DNA of 64,000 nt from positions 26,356,437 through 26,420,436 of the forward strand of contig NC_092672.1 of the NCBI RefSeq assembly GCF_964355755.1, written 5' to 3'. Origin of the DNA: Antedon mediterranea (Eukaryota; Animalia; Echinodermata). This document shows, in pieces, positions 10,779 to 23,300 of the stretch (within the stretch, counting starts at the first letter, position 1; each line of letters opens with the position of its first letter). A program made the position numbers and the translations under genes. The notes beneath the pieces were generated by a model. It searched no databases and was not told the origin of the DNA. It saw only the letters and a list, made by a program, of their open reading frames with translations.

Positions 10779-11299
10779 TATTCAAAATTTGTATAAGAAA
10801 CAAATCTACAAATTTCTTCAAATTAATAAACTTTGTATTCTGCAATTCCAATGAATATTACAATTAGGTTCTTTTTATCAATTCAAGAAATTCTTGCTAA
10901 AACAAAATAAATTATTAAAATTCCAAAAACAATTCAATTTTATATTGTCTTTTGTTTCTATGATTTTTAATTTTTGTCCTAATTTTTTTTCTTTTAATAT
11001 ATTTTTTTTTTGTCTGCTTTTTTTTCAATAGTTCAATTATACAATTTCACTGAATAAAAAATTAGCTTCTGCTTAATATTGGCTTGATGAAATACTTTAT
11101 ATTATTTTAAACTTCTCTTTAATACTTGGTTATGCTAAATAGTTTCAGATTCTAATTTTTATTCTTTTTACAATTCTACTTAATAACAGATTCAAATAAA
11201 AGTGATCTTTAAATCTTCTTTAATTAATTCTTTTGTAATAAACTCTGTTTAATATTTATTTCTTTATAATAAGCTTCTGTTTTATTCTTCAAACTTTTG

Positions 11300-11590
11300 T
11301 TTGTATAATCAAACTTTACACTTTTGCTTTTGCAAAAATGGTTTTGTAATAAACTTTTGTTTATTAATTGTTTCCTTGTGATTAACTTCTGTTATCTTCA
11401 AGGTTTTACACTTTTGCTTTTGCAAAAATGGTTTTGTAATAAACTTTTGTTTATTAGTTGTTTCCTTGTGATTAACTTCTGTTATCTTCAAGGTTTTACA
11501 CTTTTGCTTTTGCAAAAATGGTTTGTAATAAACTTTTGTTTATTAGTTTTTTCCTTGTGATAAACTTCTGTTTACTTCAAGGTTTTACTG
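11300..11590. repeat. ~90-bp tandem repeat, about 3 copies, in the Helentron leader
   Basis: TTTTACACTTTTGCTTTTGCAAAAATGG...CTTCAAGG repeated; the spurious ORFs 11309-11515 and 11324-11560 show 30-aa periodicity. Confidence 0.9.
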
Positions 11591-11669
11591 AATGTTTCAA
11601 AGATACTTTTAAAAAATGTTTAAAAAGAAATTGTGCATAAATATTAAAATTCGGTAACCCCTCGTAGAA

Positions 11670-11723
11670 ACTCTCTTTGGAGAGTGGATCTTTTTCTAAA
11701 GACCCGGATCTCTTCTGAGATCC
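11670..11723 (-). other. Three back-to-back stem-loops at the start of the predicted ORF-containing exon
   Basis: ACTCTC-tttg-GAGAGT (11670-11685), GGATCTTT-ttct-AAAGACCC (11686-11705; fully paired with one G-U on the minus strand) and GGATCTC-ttct-GAGATCC (11706-11723), with no spacers between them. Confidence 0.6.
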
Positions 11724-12726
11724 TGTGGGTTTATATAAGACAGTCACCTACAATAAAAGAAAAAAAAAAGAGTTAGTTATTAAGTACTAAGAATTACAGT
11801 CAAACAATTATAAATTGAATCAGTAGATAAATCAATGTTTTTACAAATACCTAAATAATAATATACACATCCCCCCTGTGGAATGTAACATGATCTATTA
11901 CGCCTAGCAAAACAAATTAGGACCAACTCATTACTAAATTCAGGATAGACCCATTTTATAAAATTGCAAATTTATGTCTGGAGAAACTGACCACCACATT
12001 TATGTTAAAAAGGATGATTGTCCCTAATTTTGAAGTAAATTGTGATAATATATTTGTGATAATATATTTGTGACTTTGGTTTATACAATATAACACTATA
12101 GAAGATATTTTGACCTAAAAATATGTCAAAACTTCATTACATGGAATGTGTCGGAAACAAATTCTTTCATAACAATTTCACCTTCACAATTTTTCAACTT
12201 CTACGAAATCAACTTGTATTTTTGTTGCTTTTAATCAAACACTTGTATAAAATGATAATTCACATAAATTGTTATATTGTAATATTCAATAAAGTCCTAG
12301 TATAAACATATAATCTGAAAATAGGTTTAATTATTCAATGTTCTAATATAACAGAATTTTATACACAAAAATATTTGGTCACTCAGTATTGTAAATTTAC
12401 AGACAACACATGTTTATCAATTAAGGGAGGGCATAAAGTAAGGAAAATATGTTTTTTCCGTTTTACTAATAATTTTCTAATACTCACAGCTGTAACTGAT
12501 ACTGTATATTTTCTGTACAACTACAATCTAAAATATAAAAGGAAAATCATTAATAATTGCAATAAACAACATTAACACTTTTTCAAAATCAACATGCTTC
12601 TTAATCAAAAAATTAAGAAATTTCCTCAAAATGACTTTAGGTATGGGCCGGTTGATTGGGGTATACATGTTGTCTTAATACTAATTTCATTTAATAATTT
12701 ATTCACAAACAATAAAATCTGAATTA

Positions 12727-13922
12727 GGCCAAATAAAAAAACATACTTGTTAAGCGTCACCGCCCGCTCCTGATTATCCAGCCGCCTCTCTTTTTATTTT
12801 TATTTTTTTTTTACCCATATACAACGGAAAGTTCAGCGGCCCGGCCCAGCTCCAGAGCAGGGCTCAAAATTCACGCTAGCAAACTAGCATTTTGCTAGTA
12901 GATTCTTCATAATTGCTAGTTGAAAATTTCAAAACTAGCAAATGTTTGCTAGGCTGGTGTAATTTTTGAAAAATACGTACTGTACTTCTTAGCTTAGCCA
13001 CGCTAGCTAGCCACCGATCGCTCTATGTCGACAACGGCAATTTGGTTTCATTTACACGCCGCCGATTTACGTCAAGGAAACGCGAATAGCACCGCGAATC
13101 ATGTAATGTGGTAAACAGCAAGCTTTTTCCCCAACACATTAAATCACGTGCATTTAGTACGTCGCTGAGGATTACATCATCAGTCACGTGATTACAGAAT
13201 ACACGATTATCAATTTAGGGATTTAACGAAATAAATATTTTGCCTACACAGTGGTCGAAGCGCGTTTTTTATAGGTTCGTAAATAGGAAACACCCCATAC
13301 ATAATGGACTCTACCAATTTTGTTTACGATGATCTCGCGCTCGAGATCGGCAAACCACGAGGTCCTGTTGGGCGATGGGCCCGGCGATGCGTTTCATCAC
13401 AACTTTAAATACTGATTTACACAGCAATTGGCAAAGGATTCATCAAAGAAGAATGAATACGTTGAATAAAAATTCACTTAAGAAATGGCGTAAGCTGTTT
13501 TCAAAATCAGCCCACTATTTAGTATTATTGAGAGACGTACCAACATCATGCTTCTCGCATTTACTGGATAGATGAGTCAAGCGAGAGACGGCGGACCATG
13601 GCCGATGAGTGAGGCGGGGGTGGCAGTTTGGACGGATTAGCCTAGGGCCTACAATTTCGCTCGGTGGCAATTAAATTTAATGTTTTAATTACGTCTGGAT
13701 TTAAACAATACAAAACTCAATTTTGTCATCGGCAATAATATTTCATACATAATCAATTTTGTTCTGTTTCGCATTTTAAAAGTTTGACGTTTCGTCCAAA
13801 ACGTCCATCGCACAAAATTATACCTCCAGAAAAAGTAAAAAAAAAAAAAAAAAAAACCGTCCCCCCGCCCCTGAAAATTTATGAGGGTGTGACGCTTAAC
13901 AAGTCTTTTTTTTTATTTGGCC
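12727..13922. mobile_element. Non-autonomous TIR DNA transposon (Harbinger- or Zator-like) nested in the satellite
   Basis: TIRs GGCCAAATAAAAAAA...ACTTGTTAAGCGTCAC / GTGACGCTTAACAAGT...TTTTATTTGGCC. TTA target duplication at 12724-12726 and 13923-13925. It interrupts the satellite motif GAATTA|TGTAAATG. Confidence 0.85.
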
Positions 13923-16900
13923 TTATGTAAATGTTTCATAATAGAAAATGCCTACAAAATGACAGGCAACTGTTCACGAAGTAAGGAAAATATGTTTTCT
14001 CCATTTAACAGTTAATCTACTAATACTCACAGCTGTAGCTAACACTGTATATTTTCTACAATCTAAAAAAAACAAGGAAAACATTGATAATGGCAATAAA
14101 CAACATTAACCCTTTTGCTAAATCAACATGCTTCTTAATCAATGTCTGAAAAATTAGGAAATTTCCTCAAAATGACTTTGGGTATGGGCCGGCTGATTGC
14201 GGCCTACATGTTGTCTCAATACTACTTTCATTTAATATCTCATTCACAAACCATAAAATCTGAATTATTTAAATGTTTCATAATATAAAATGCCTACAAA
14301 ATAACAGGCAACAGTTCACAAAGTAAGGAAAATATGTTTTCTCCGTTTAACAGATAATCTACTAATACTCACAGCTGTAGCTGAAACTGTTTATTTTCTA
14401 CAATCTAAAAAAAAAACAAGGAAAAACATTGATAATGGTAATAAACAACATTAACACTTTTTCCAAATCAACATGCTTCTTAATCAATGTCTTAAAAATT
14501 TAGGAAATTTCCTCAAAATGGCTTTGGATATGGGCCGGCTGATTGTGGCCTACATGTTGTCTCAATGGTAATTTCATTTAATTGTTTGATTACAAACAAT
14601 AAAATCTGAATTATGTAAATGTTTCATAATACAAAATGTCTACAAAATAACAGGCAATAGTTCACAAAGTAAGGAAAATATGTTTTCTCCGTTTAACAGA
14701 TAATCTACTAATACTCACAGCTGTAGCTCAAACTGTATATTTTCTACAATCTAAAAAAAAACAAGGAAAAACATTGATAATGGTAATAAACAACATTAAC
14801 ACTTTTTCCAAATCAACATGCTTCTTAATCAATGTCTTAAAAATTTAGGAAATTTCCTCAAAATGGCTTTGGATATGGGCCGGCTGATTGTGGCCTACAT
14901 GTTGTCTCAATGGTAATTTCATTTAATTGTTTGATTACAAACAATAAAATCTGAATTATGTAAATGTTTCATAATACAAAATGTCTACAAAATAACAGGC
15001 AATAGTTCACAAAGTAAGGAAAATATGTTTTCTCCGTTTAACAGATAATCTACTAATACTCACAGCTGTAGCTCAAACTGTATATTTTCTACAATCTAAA
15101 AAAATACAAGGAAAAACATTGATAATTGTAATAAACAACATTAACACTTTTTCCAAATCAACACGCTTCTTAATCAATGTCTGAAAAATTAAGAAATTTC
15201 CTCAAAATGACTTTGGGTATGAGACGGCTGATTAGGGCAGGCAACAGTTCACAAAGTAAGGAAAATATGTTTTCTCCGTTTAACAGATAATCTACTGATA
15301 CTCACAGCTGTAGCTCAAACTGTATATTTTCTACAATCTAAAAAAAAACAAGGAAAAACATTGATAATGGTAATAAACAACATTAACACTTTTTCCAAAT
15401 CAACACGCTTCTTAATCAATGTCTGAAAAATTAAGAAATTTCCTCAAAATGACTTTGGGTATGAGACGGCTGATTAGGGCAGGCAACAGTTCACAAAGTA
15501 AGGAAAATATGTTTTCTCCGTTTAACAGATAATCTACGGATACTCACAGCTGTAGCTGAAACTGTATATTTTCTACAATCTAAAAAAAAAACAAGGAAAA
15601 ACATCGATAATGGTAATAAACAACATTAACACTTTTTCCAAATCAACAAGCTTCTTAATCAATGTCTGAAAAATTAAGAAATTTCCTCAAAATAACTTTG
15701 GGTATGGGCCGGCTGATTGAGGTCTACATGTTGTCTCAATACTACTTTCATTTAATATCTTATTCACAAACCATAAAATCTGAATTATGTAAATGTTTCA
15801 TAATATAAAATGTCTACAAAATAACAGGCAACAGTTCACAAAGTAAGGAAAATATGTTTTCTCCGTTTAACAGATAATCTACTAATACTCACAGCTGTAG
15901 CTAAAACTGTATATTTTCTACAATCTAAAAAAAAACAAGGAAAAACATTGATAATGGTAATAAACAACATTAACACTTTTTCCAAATCAACATGCTTCTT
16001 AATCAATGTCTGAAAAATTAGGAAATTTCCTCAAAATGACTTTGGGTACGGGCCGGCTGATTGCGGCCTACATGTTGTCTCAATGGTAATTTCATTTAAT
16101 TGTTTGATCACAAACAATAAAATCTGAATTATGTAAATGTTTCATAATACAAAATGTCTACAAAATAACAGGCAACAGTTCACAAAGTAAGAAAAATATG
16201 TTTTCTCCGTTTAACAGATAATCTACTAATACTCACAGCTGTAGCTCAAACTGTATATTTTCTACAATCTAAAAAAAAAACAAGGAAAAACATTGATAAT
16301 GGTAATAAACAACATTAACACTTTTTCCAAATCAACAAGCTTCCTATTCAATGTCTGAAAAATTAAGAAATTTCCTCAAAATGACTTTGGGTATGAGACG
16401 GCTGATTAGGGCAGGCAACATTTCACAAAGTAAGGAAAATATGTTTTCTCCGTTTAACAGATAATCTACTGATACTCACAGTTTTAGCTGAAACTCTATA
16501 TTTTCTACAATCTAAAAAAAAACAAGGAAAAACATTGATAATTGTAATAAACATTAACACTTTTTCCAAATCAACACGCTTCTTAATCAATGTCTGAAAA
16601 ATTAAGAAATTTCCTCAAAATGTCTTTGGGTATGAGACGGCTGATTAGGGCAGGCAACAGTTCACAAAGTAAGGAAAATATGTTTTCTCCGTTTAACAGA
16701 TAATCTACTGATACTCACAGCTGTAGCTGAAACTGTATATTTTCTACAATCTAAAAAAAAAACAAGGAAAAACATTGATAATGGTAATAAACAACATTAA
16801 CACTTTTTCCAAATCAACAAGCTTCTTAATCAATGTCTGAAAAATTAAGAAATTTCCTCAAAATAACTTTGGGTATGGGCCGGCTGATTGGGGTCTACAT

Positions 16901-17978
16901 GTTGTCTCAATACTACTTTCATTTAATATCTTATTCACAAACCATAAAATCTGAATTATGTAAATGCTTCATAATATAAAATGCCTACAAAATAACAGGC
17001 AACAGTTCACAAAGTAAGAAAAATATGTTTTCTCCGTTTAACAGATAATCTACTAATACTCACAGCTGTAGCTCAAACTGTATATTTTCTACAATCTAAA
17101 AAAAACAAGGAAAAACATTAATAATGGTAATAAACAACATTAACACTTTTTCCAAATCAACATGCTTCTTAATCAATGTCTGAAAAATTAGGAAATTTCC
17201 TCAAAATGACTTTGGGTATGGGCCGGCTGATTGCGGCCTACATGTTGTCTCAATGGTAATTTCATTTAATTGTTTGATCACAAACAATAAAATCTGAATT
17301 ATGTAAATGTTTCATAATACAAAATGTCTACAAAATAACAGGCAACAGTTCACAAAGTAAGAAAAATATGTTTTCTCCGTTTAACAGATAATCTACTAAT
17401 ACTCACAGCTGTAGCTCAAACTGTATATTTTCTACAATCTAAAAAAAAAACAAGGAAAAACATTGATAATGGTAATAAACAACATTAACACTTTTTCCAA
17501 ATCAACAAGGTTCCTATTCAATGTCTGAAAAATTAAGAAATTTCCTCAAAATGACTTTGGGTATGAGACGGCTGATTAGGGCAGGCAACATTTCACAAAG
17601 TAAGGAAAATATGTTTTCTCCGTTTAACAGATAATCTACTGATACTCACAGTTTTAGCTGAAACTCTATATTTTCTACAATCTAAAAAAAAACAAGGAAA
17701 AACATTGATAATTGTAATAAACATTAACACTTTTTCCAAATCAACACGCTTCTTAATCAATGTCTGAAAAATTAAGAAATTTCCTCAAAATGTCTTTGGG
17801 TATGAAACGGCTGATTAGGGCAGGCAACAGTTCACAAAGTAAGGAAAATATGTTTTCTCTGTTTAACAGATAATCTACTAATACTCACAGCTGTAGCTCA
17901 AACTGTATATTTTCTACAATCTAAAAAAAACAAGGAAAAACATTGATAATGGCAATAAACAACATTAACATTTTTTTC

Positions 17979-18540
17979 ATGAGTATATGTAAAACTATAA
18001 TTTTTAATAGTTTGGAAAATATTATAATTGTCAAGAAGGTGCATGGTTCTTAAATTTAAAAATAAATGTTGTTTTTCGGTAACAATCCGACAAAATCATT
18101 AATAAATGTTGGCCCCTCTCTAATATTTCTATGTTGATTAATTCAATTTTTTTAAACTATATACTATATATTTTGATTATTGATTTTAAAGCATATTGAA
18201 ATAAATTTTAATGTAAAAATGCTGGTTTAGCTTACTGTAATAACACTGGTCACAGACTGACATGTCAGTCTGTGACTAACTCGGTAACAACCAGACACTT
18301 TTTAATATCATATAAAAATGTAAAAATAAGGTTTTAAAAAAAAGTAACCTTATGAGTGTATGTAAAGCTATAATTTTTAATAGTTTGGAAAATATTATAA
18401 TTGTCTAGAAGGTACATGGTTCTTAAATTAAAAAAATGTTTTTTGGTAACAACCCGACAAAATTATTAATAATTATGTTGGCCCCTCCTTAATATTTCTA
18501 TGTTGATTAATTCAATTTTTTTAAACAAAATCTCAAACAA
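17979..18540. repeat. ~373-bp tandem duplication containing a perfect 28-bp palindrome
   Basis: ATGAGT(A/G)TATGTAAA(A/G)CTATAATTTTTAATAGTTTGG at ~17979 and ~18352; palindrome GTCACAGACTGACATGTCAGTCTGTGAC at 18249-18276. Confidence 0.8.
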
Positions 18541-20176
18541 TATATTTAGTTCTTTAATTCTAAAAAGAAATGACATTTATAAATTAGGATTTAGTTGTCT
18601 GTTATAGGATTTAAGTAAACCTCATATTGTTTTATTTTTTAAGTTTTCTAAATATCATTATTTTAAATGAAAATATGTCTGTATATATCTCATTTTTTTT
18701 TTTACCACTTAAATATCCTGAAAGTATATAACATTAGCTTTAGTTTGATATCAAACATGTTAAGACTGCTAAAAGTTAAACATTTTCAAAATCCAAAAAA
18801 AAAATTGTGGAATTGCCCTACTAATACTCACAGCTGTAGCTGAAACTGTAAATCTTCTGTTAATAAAAAACAATTACAATCTAAAAAATACAAGGAAAAA
18901 CATTGATAATGGCAATAAACAACATTAACACTTTTTCCAAATCAACAAACTTCTTAATCAATGTCTGAAAAATTAGGAAATTTCCTTAAAATGACTTTGG
19001 CTATGGGCCAGCTAATTGGGGCCGACATGTTGTCTCAATGGTAATTTCATTTAATAGTTTGATCACAAACAATAAAATTTGAATTATGTAAATGTTTCAT
19101 AATAGTATAAATGCCTACAAAATAACAGGCAACACTTCACTCCCAATCATGAGACCATAAATCATCTCTACAAATTATTTATTTTATGTTCACTATTTAC
19201 GATATTCTAGAGATTATGAAGTACTGTAGAAACAATAATGTTATTACTGTACATGTATCTCTTCCAACTCTTTAGGAACTGATACAACTAAAAACTAGGC
19301 CTAGCCCCTACCTAGGAGGCCTAGGCTAGTAGGCATAGAAGAGAACTTCGCAAAAAGCAGACTCAGCTTGCTAACAATGCTAAGTTTTAAGGCATGGTAT
19401 TCAAGATAAAGTTTAATTAGGAATTAATATATAGTTATAAGCCAGATGCAAAATGGAACTAGGCTAGCGTCACTATGCCTCTACTACAGTACTGTACAAC
19501 TAAACCTAGGCTAGGTCTAGGCCTTCCTGAAGAGATAATCCGGGACACAGCTAGGCCTAACCTAGCTAGGCCTAGGCCTGCCTAGGGCCTACTAGGCTAG
19601 GCCATTTCATTTTGATGGCAAACACAAAAACAATTAAATATTACAAATCAACAATCCAAATTAATCAAAATATATCTTACCTATTTCTAACTATTATATT
19701 TAACACAATTGTGTTTAAACTTTTTTAATATAGGCTATATGTTCGTTTTAACAATATAAAATTGCAAAGCAATATCGGGAGCAATACTAGGCTATAATAT
19801 TACAAATCCAACATGGAGGTGTAACCACGTTGTTCTTTACTAATATGGCACGCAATCGTCGCCAAAAGTAACATAAATGCTGTAGGCCCAGACACAATTC
19901 ACCACACTTTCACCATAAAGGTAGAGAGCGCATAAACATTTTTTCAATGGATGGCATAATCGTTTTTCTGTGCGCAATATTCTAACGTATGACGTGCGCT
20001 GCGGATAACCTAACTCGTCCGTAGTGACGAGTTCAAATCTAGTTATTGGTTAATTTTTCTCGAGTGGAATCGTTAAACCCTGTTTCCACAGACAGTTTAT
20101 TGGTTAATATGGCTGTGGAAACATGGCCTATACTGTATGTCATTATATAAATATATTTGAATTCATATTTTTGTAG

Positions 20177-20396
20177 GTTAGAGGTCATAACACATCCATT
20201 AGAAATTGTATACAATTCGAAAGCAATGCAGGGCATTACAGATTTCTTTAACACACACACAAAAACTGGCTTGTCATCAAAACCATCAGAACTGAAACTG
20301 ACGAGAGCGATGAGGGCCAGATATCAAGACTTCAAGAACCAAACAAGGCAGGAGATCATTAACACAATGGATAGAATTATGGAAGGTGAAAATAAG
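20177..20396 (+). CDS. VPS13D: VPS13D exon
   Basis: ttgtag|G...AATAAG|gtac; LEVITHPLEIVYNSKAMQGITDFF...EGENK. Confidence 0.85.
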
Positions 20397-23300
20397 GTAC
20401 TGTGTACACAAACTTGGTTTTGGATTGGAGGTGAAGTACAGTAGTTGTGATTGTGGATCACAGGTTTCATATGGTCCTTTTGTTTACATTTTATTTAAAA
20501 TTGGGATGGTTTGTGGGTTCCCATTTACTTTATTCAAATTAGCATCAGAATTTTGTCTGTTAATATATATTTAGCATTTCAAGGATTATATTTTCTATTT
20601 ATTTTAATTCTGTAACAATGGGTAATAATTTAGCCTTTTAAACACAATAAAAAAGATAAGTTTATTTTCCTTTAAATGATAATCTATTTTGTATATTGTA
20701 TCTTTTTGTACACAGGGTGAGATCACCAGGTGGGATGTACACCTTGACATATCTGCTCCACAGATTATCATACCAGACAGCTTCTATTCTAAAGATGCTA
20801 CTTTAGTAAGTATCATTCTTCATAATAATTTTTAAAAAGTAACAGAATGTCTTTTATCAGCTGCGCAAACATAGCCTATTCTAATGACAGGGTTGTAGAA
20901 AAATATCATAATACTCATTTTCTTGTATAATCAGATATGTTATGCTCTGTTGGTTTCTTGTTTTAAGTTTCATAATATTTAAAGGTTGGTAAGGAAGTGA
21001 CCATAAGCATGTCCACTATATGCATACATTTGACTGTGCCGATTAAAGTTATTAGAATTAATAAGCACTGTCAACCTTGCCAATAGAAAACAAGACATTA
21101 TATGCACAATTGACCTTGCCAATAGAAATGAGTTTCCTGCATGGTTAACTGGGTCAATTGCCACCACACCAAATATTGCCTATATCAAATTTAAATTGTC
21201 CATGTTAATAGCCTCATCCGATTGGTGTTCAAAGTGACTTATTACTTTATTTTAAGAGTATGGTTTTAATTATATTTTTTCTCTATTAGGTTGTTCTGGA
21301 TTTTGGACATTTAGATCTGTCAAGTGCTACTGCCAAAGATAACTCCAAAAAAGAAGAACAACCTGAGAAGGTAGATGATGAGGAGGAGGATGAAGATGGT
21401 GAGTAATTATTAATAAAATTTTTATTATAATTATTGTTACTATAATAATACTCAATACTTACCTGTGTCAGAAAACAGACTAACTGCAATAAATATATTA
21501 TAAAATGCTTGTTATTATTATATTTAATTTTTAATCTGTGATTATTCTTTTTATAAAATGTTTATTTTATTTATTTCTCTATATTTATACTGGGTAACCT
21601 CTTCAGTCAAAGACTGGTCTCCCAGAGGGCCCAGTTGGTGATCAGTGGCTGTGATGTACTAATACACCGGGGTAACCCCCTACTCGTCTCGAAAGATGTA
21701 CTAGGTTCTTTAAAGTGCACATGAGCTAGTTGTGTACACTGGACCTACGGTTTATAGTTCTTATCCGAGAAGACTCGTTCTACCACCAGAACCATGGAGT
21801 GAGTGAGCCTCGAACCCCTGCCGATGTTATGGCTACGTAATTACAGTTCCACTGTCTTAACCGCTCGACCACTCACTCACTCAACATGTTAATGTTTGAT
21901 GTGTTTTTATGTATGTGATTGATATTGTAATTACAAAAAATGTTGTTAAAATACAATAATTTCAACCCTCTGCTGCTTCTATGTTTTATTGTATCATCCT
22001 TTTTTGTTTGAATAAAGATATCGATTTCATGTGTATTATCATAAATATCATTCAATTAATTTAATTTTAGGTGACCTTGATGAGGATTTTCAGACGCCTC
22101 CTAACGAGCTGGTTGATCCACCTAAAATTGTGGAAACGAGTGTTATGAGTGATGCAACATACACTTCAACAGACAGTAGCCTCCTTACTGAAACTTCTGT
22201 TAGAGATCGTATGTATGATAGGTATGTACAGAATAATAAAAAGTCAAATAAAGCTTTTTTGCTAAAAACGACCTCTGGTGCCCATGTTCCATTTTATTTA
22301 CCTCACTTTATTGTGTATGTTGGTGTGTGGTTCCCCACTCCTTCCTCACAAATAAGTTTGAAGTACCTTCCCAATTCTTTTTTAAATAATGAGAGCCTGG
22401 TTGAGGAGAAATGAGGTTGATAAAGAATCTTGCTCTAAGGACTCAACACTGCAGTGATCTGATTGAAGCTTGAACTAACAACCTCTGGCTTGCAAGTCCA
22501 ATGCTCACTGTGCCACACAATTATCTTTAAACAATAGTAATGGGCTCAAATTTAACGATTACCGTCCTTCCCATCTAACACACCCATATCCATGCATTAT
22601 ATCATCAATGTTATTTGTATGCGACACTAACAAGTACAATCCTTCAGTTGTTGACGTGGCTAGCCCAAAGATCCAATTAGTTTTCTGATGAGTGAATGAA
22701 ACTGCTTTAATGACTTGTAAACAATTTTTGTGAGGCTCATATAATATAATACGATAAAAATATACTGCATTAAGGTTCGTCAAAACATTGTGGTCCTCGG
22801 CAGAGTGAGGTAACAAAGTAGATTTAGAGTCTTTTTTTACTTACTTTTAGAGTAATTATTATTTTCTTTTGAATGTAGGTACAACCTAAACCTGTCAGAT
22901 CTACAGATCATCATTGGTCGATCCAGTGACAACTGGCGAACTGTGTACACCAAACGATCCAACCACATGCAAGTTGTTGAGAAGTTTAGTATCTCGATGC
23001 TTGTTGAGAGACGATTGGTCAACACAGCTGACCCACAATGGCCTAGCATGACATTCTCTGGAAATCTACCATGTTTGTCGATGCATGTTAATGAAAAGAA
23101 GGTACATCTGTTCTTTGTAAACTTATAATGTGCATTTTGATGATTATACTAAATTGCTTTATTTTTCAATGTAATTATTATTTTGTTAATTACTAGGGGC
23201 CAAAGGCCTAAAGTAAATAAAGTCAGGCGATAAGCCTGAATGAATGAATTACTAGATATATGGAAAGGGTACAATAAATTTAGGCCTAACTGTTTGATTT

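Larger units (their letters stand above)
12430..19140. repeat. Satellite array inside the Helentron: ~345-bp monomers and ~241-bp deletion-variant monomers forming a 1170-bp higher-order repeat
   Basis: Monomer anchor AAGTAAGGAAAATATGTTTTCTCCGTTTAACAG recurs about 15 times. The diagnostic variant GTTTTAGCTGAAACTCTATA is at 16481 and 17651, 1170 bp apart. Confidence 0.95.
1..20042 (-). mobile_element. Autonomous Helentron/Helitron2-type (endonuclease-encoding) rolling-circle transposon; left terminus outside the window
   Basis: Rep-helicase-APE ORF at 1419-10778. Right terminus has the stem-loop AACTCGTC-cgtagt-GACGAGTT (20012-20033), then CAAAT-CTAG (20039-20042) and TT. Internal satellite arrays are typical of Helentron/HINE elements. 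Host VPS13D exons resume at 20177. Confidence 0.8.

Noticed and set aside
11660-11725. Triple hairpin read as a hammerhead ribozyme or tRNA
   Set aside because: No CUGANGA core in the correct position, G at the would-be cleavage site, and no TTC T-loop. Kept only as an unnamed structure.
13375-13575. 66-aa ORF inside the nested TIR element as a possible transposase fragment
   Set aside because: Too short, with no convincing DDE or zinc-finger motif.
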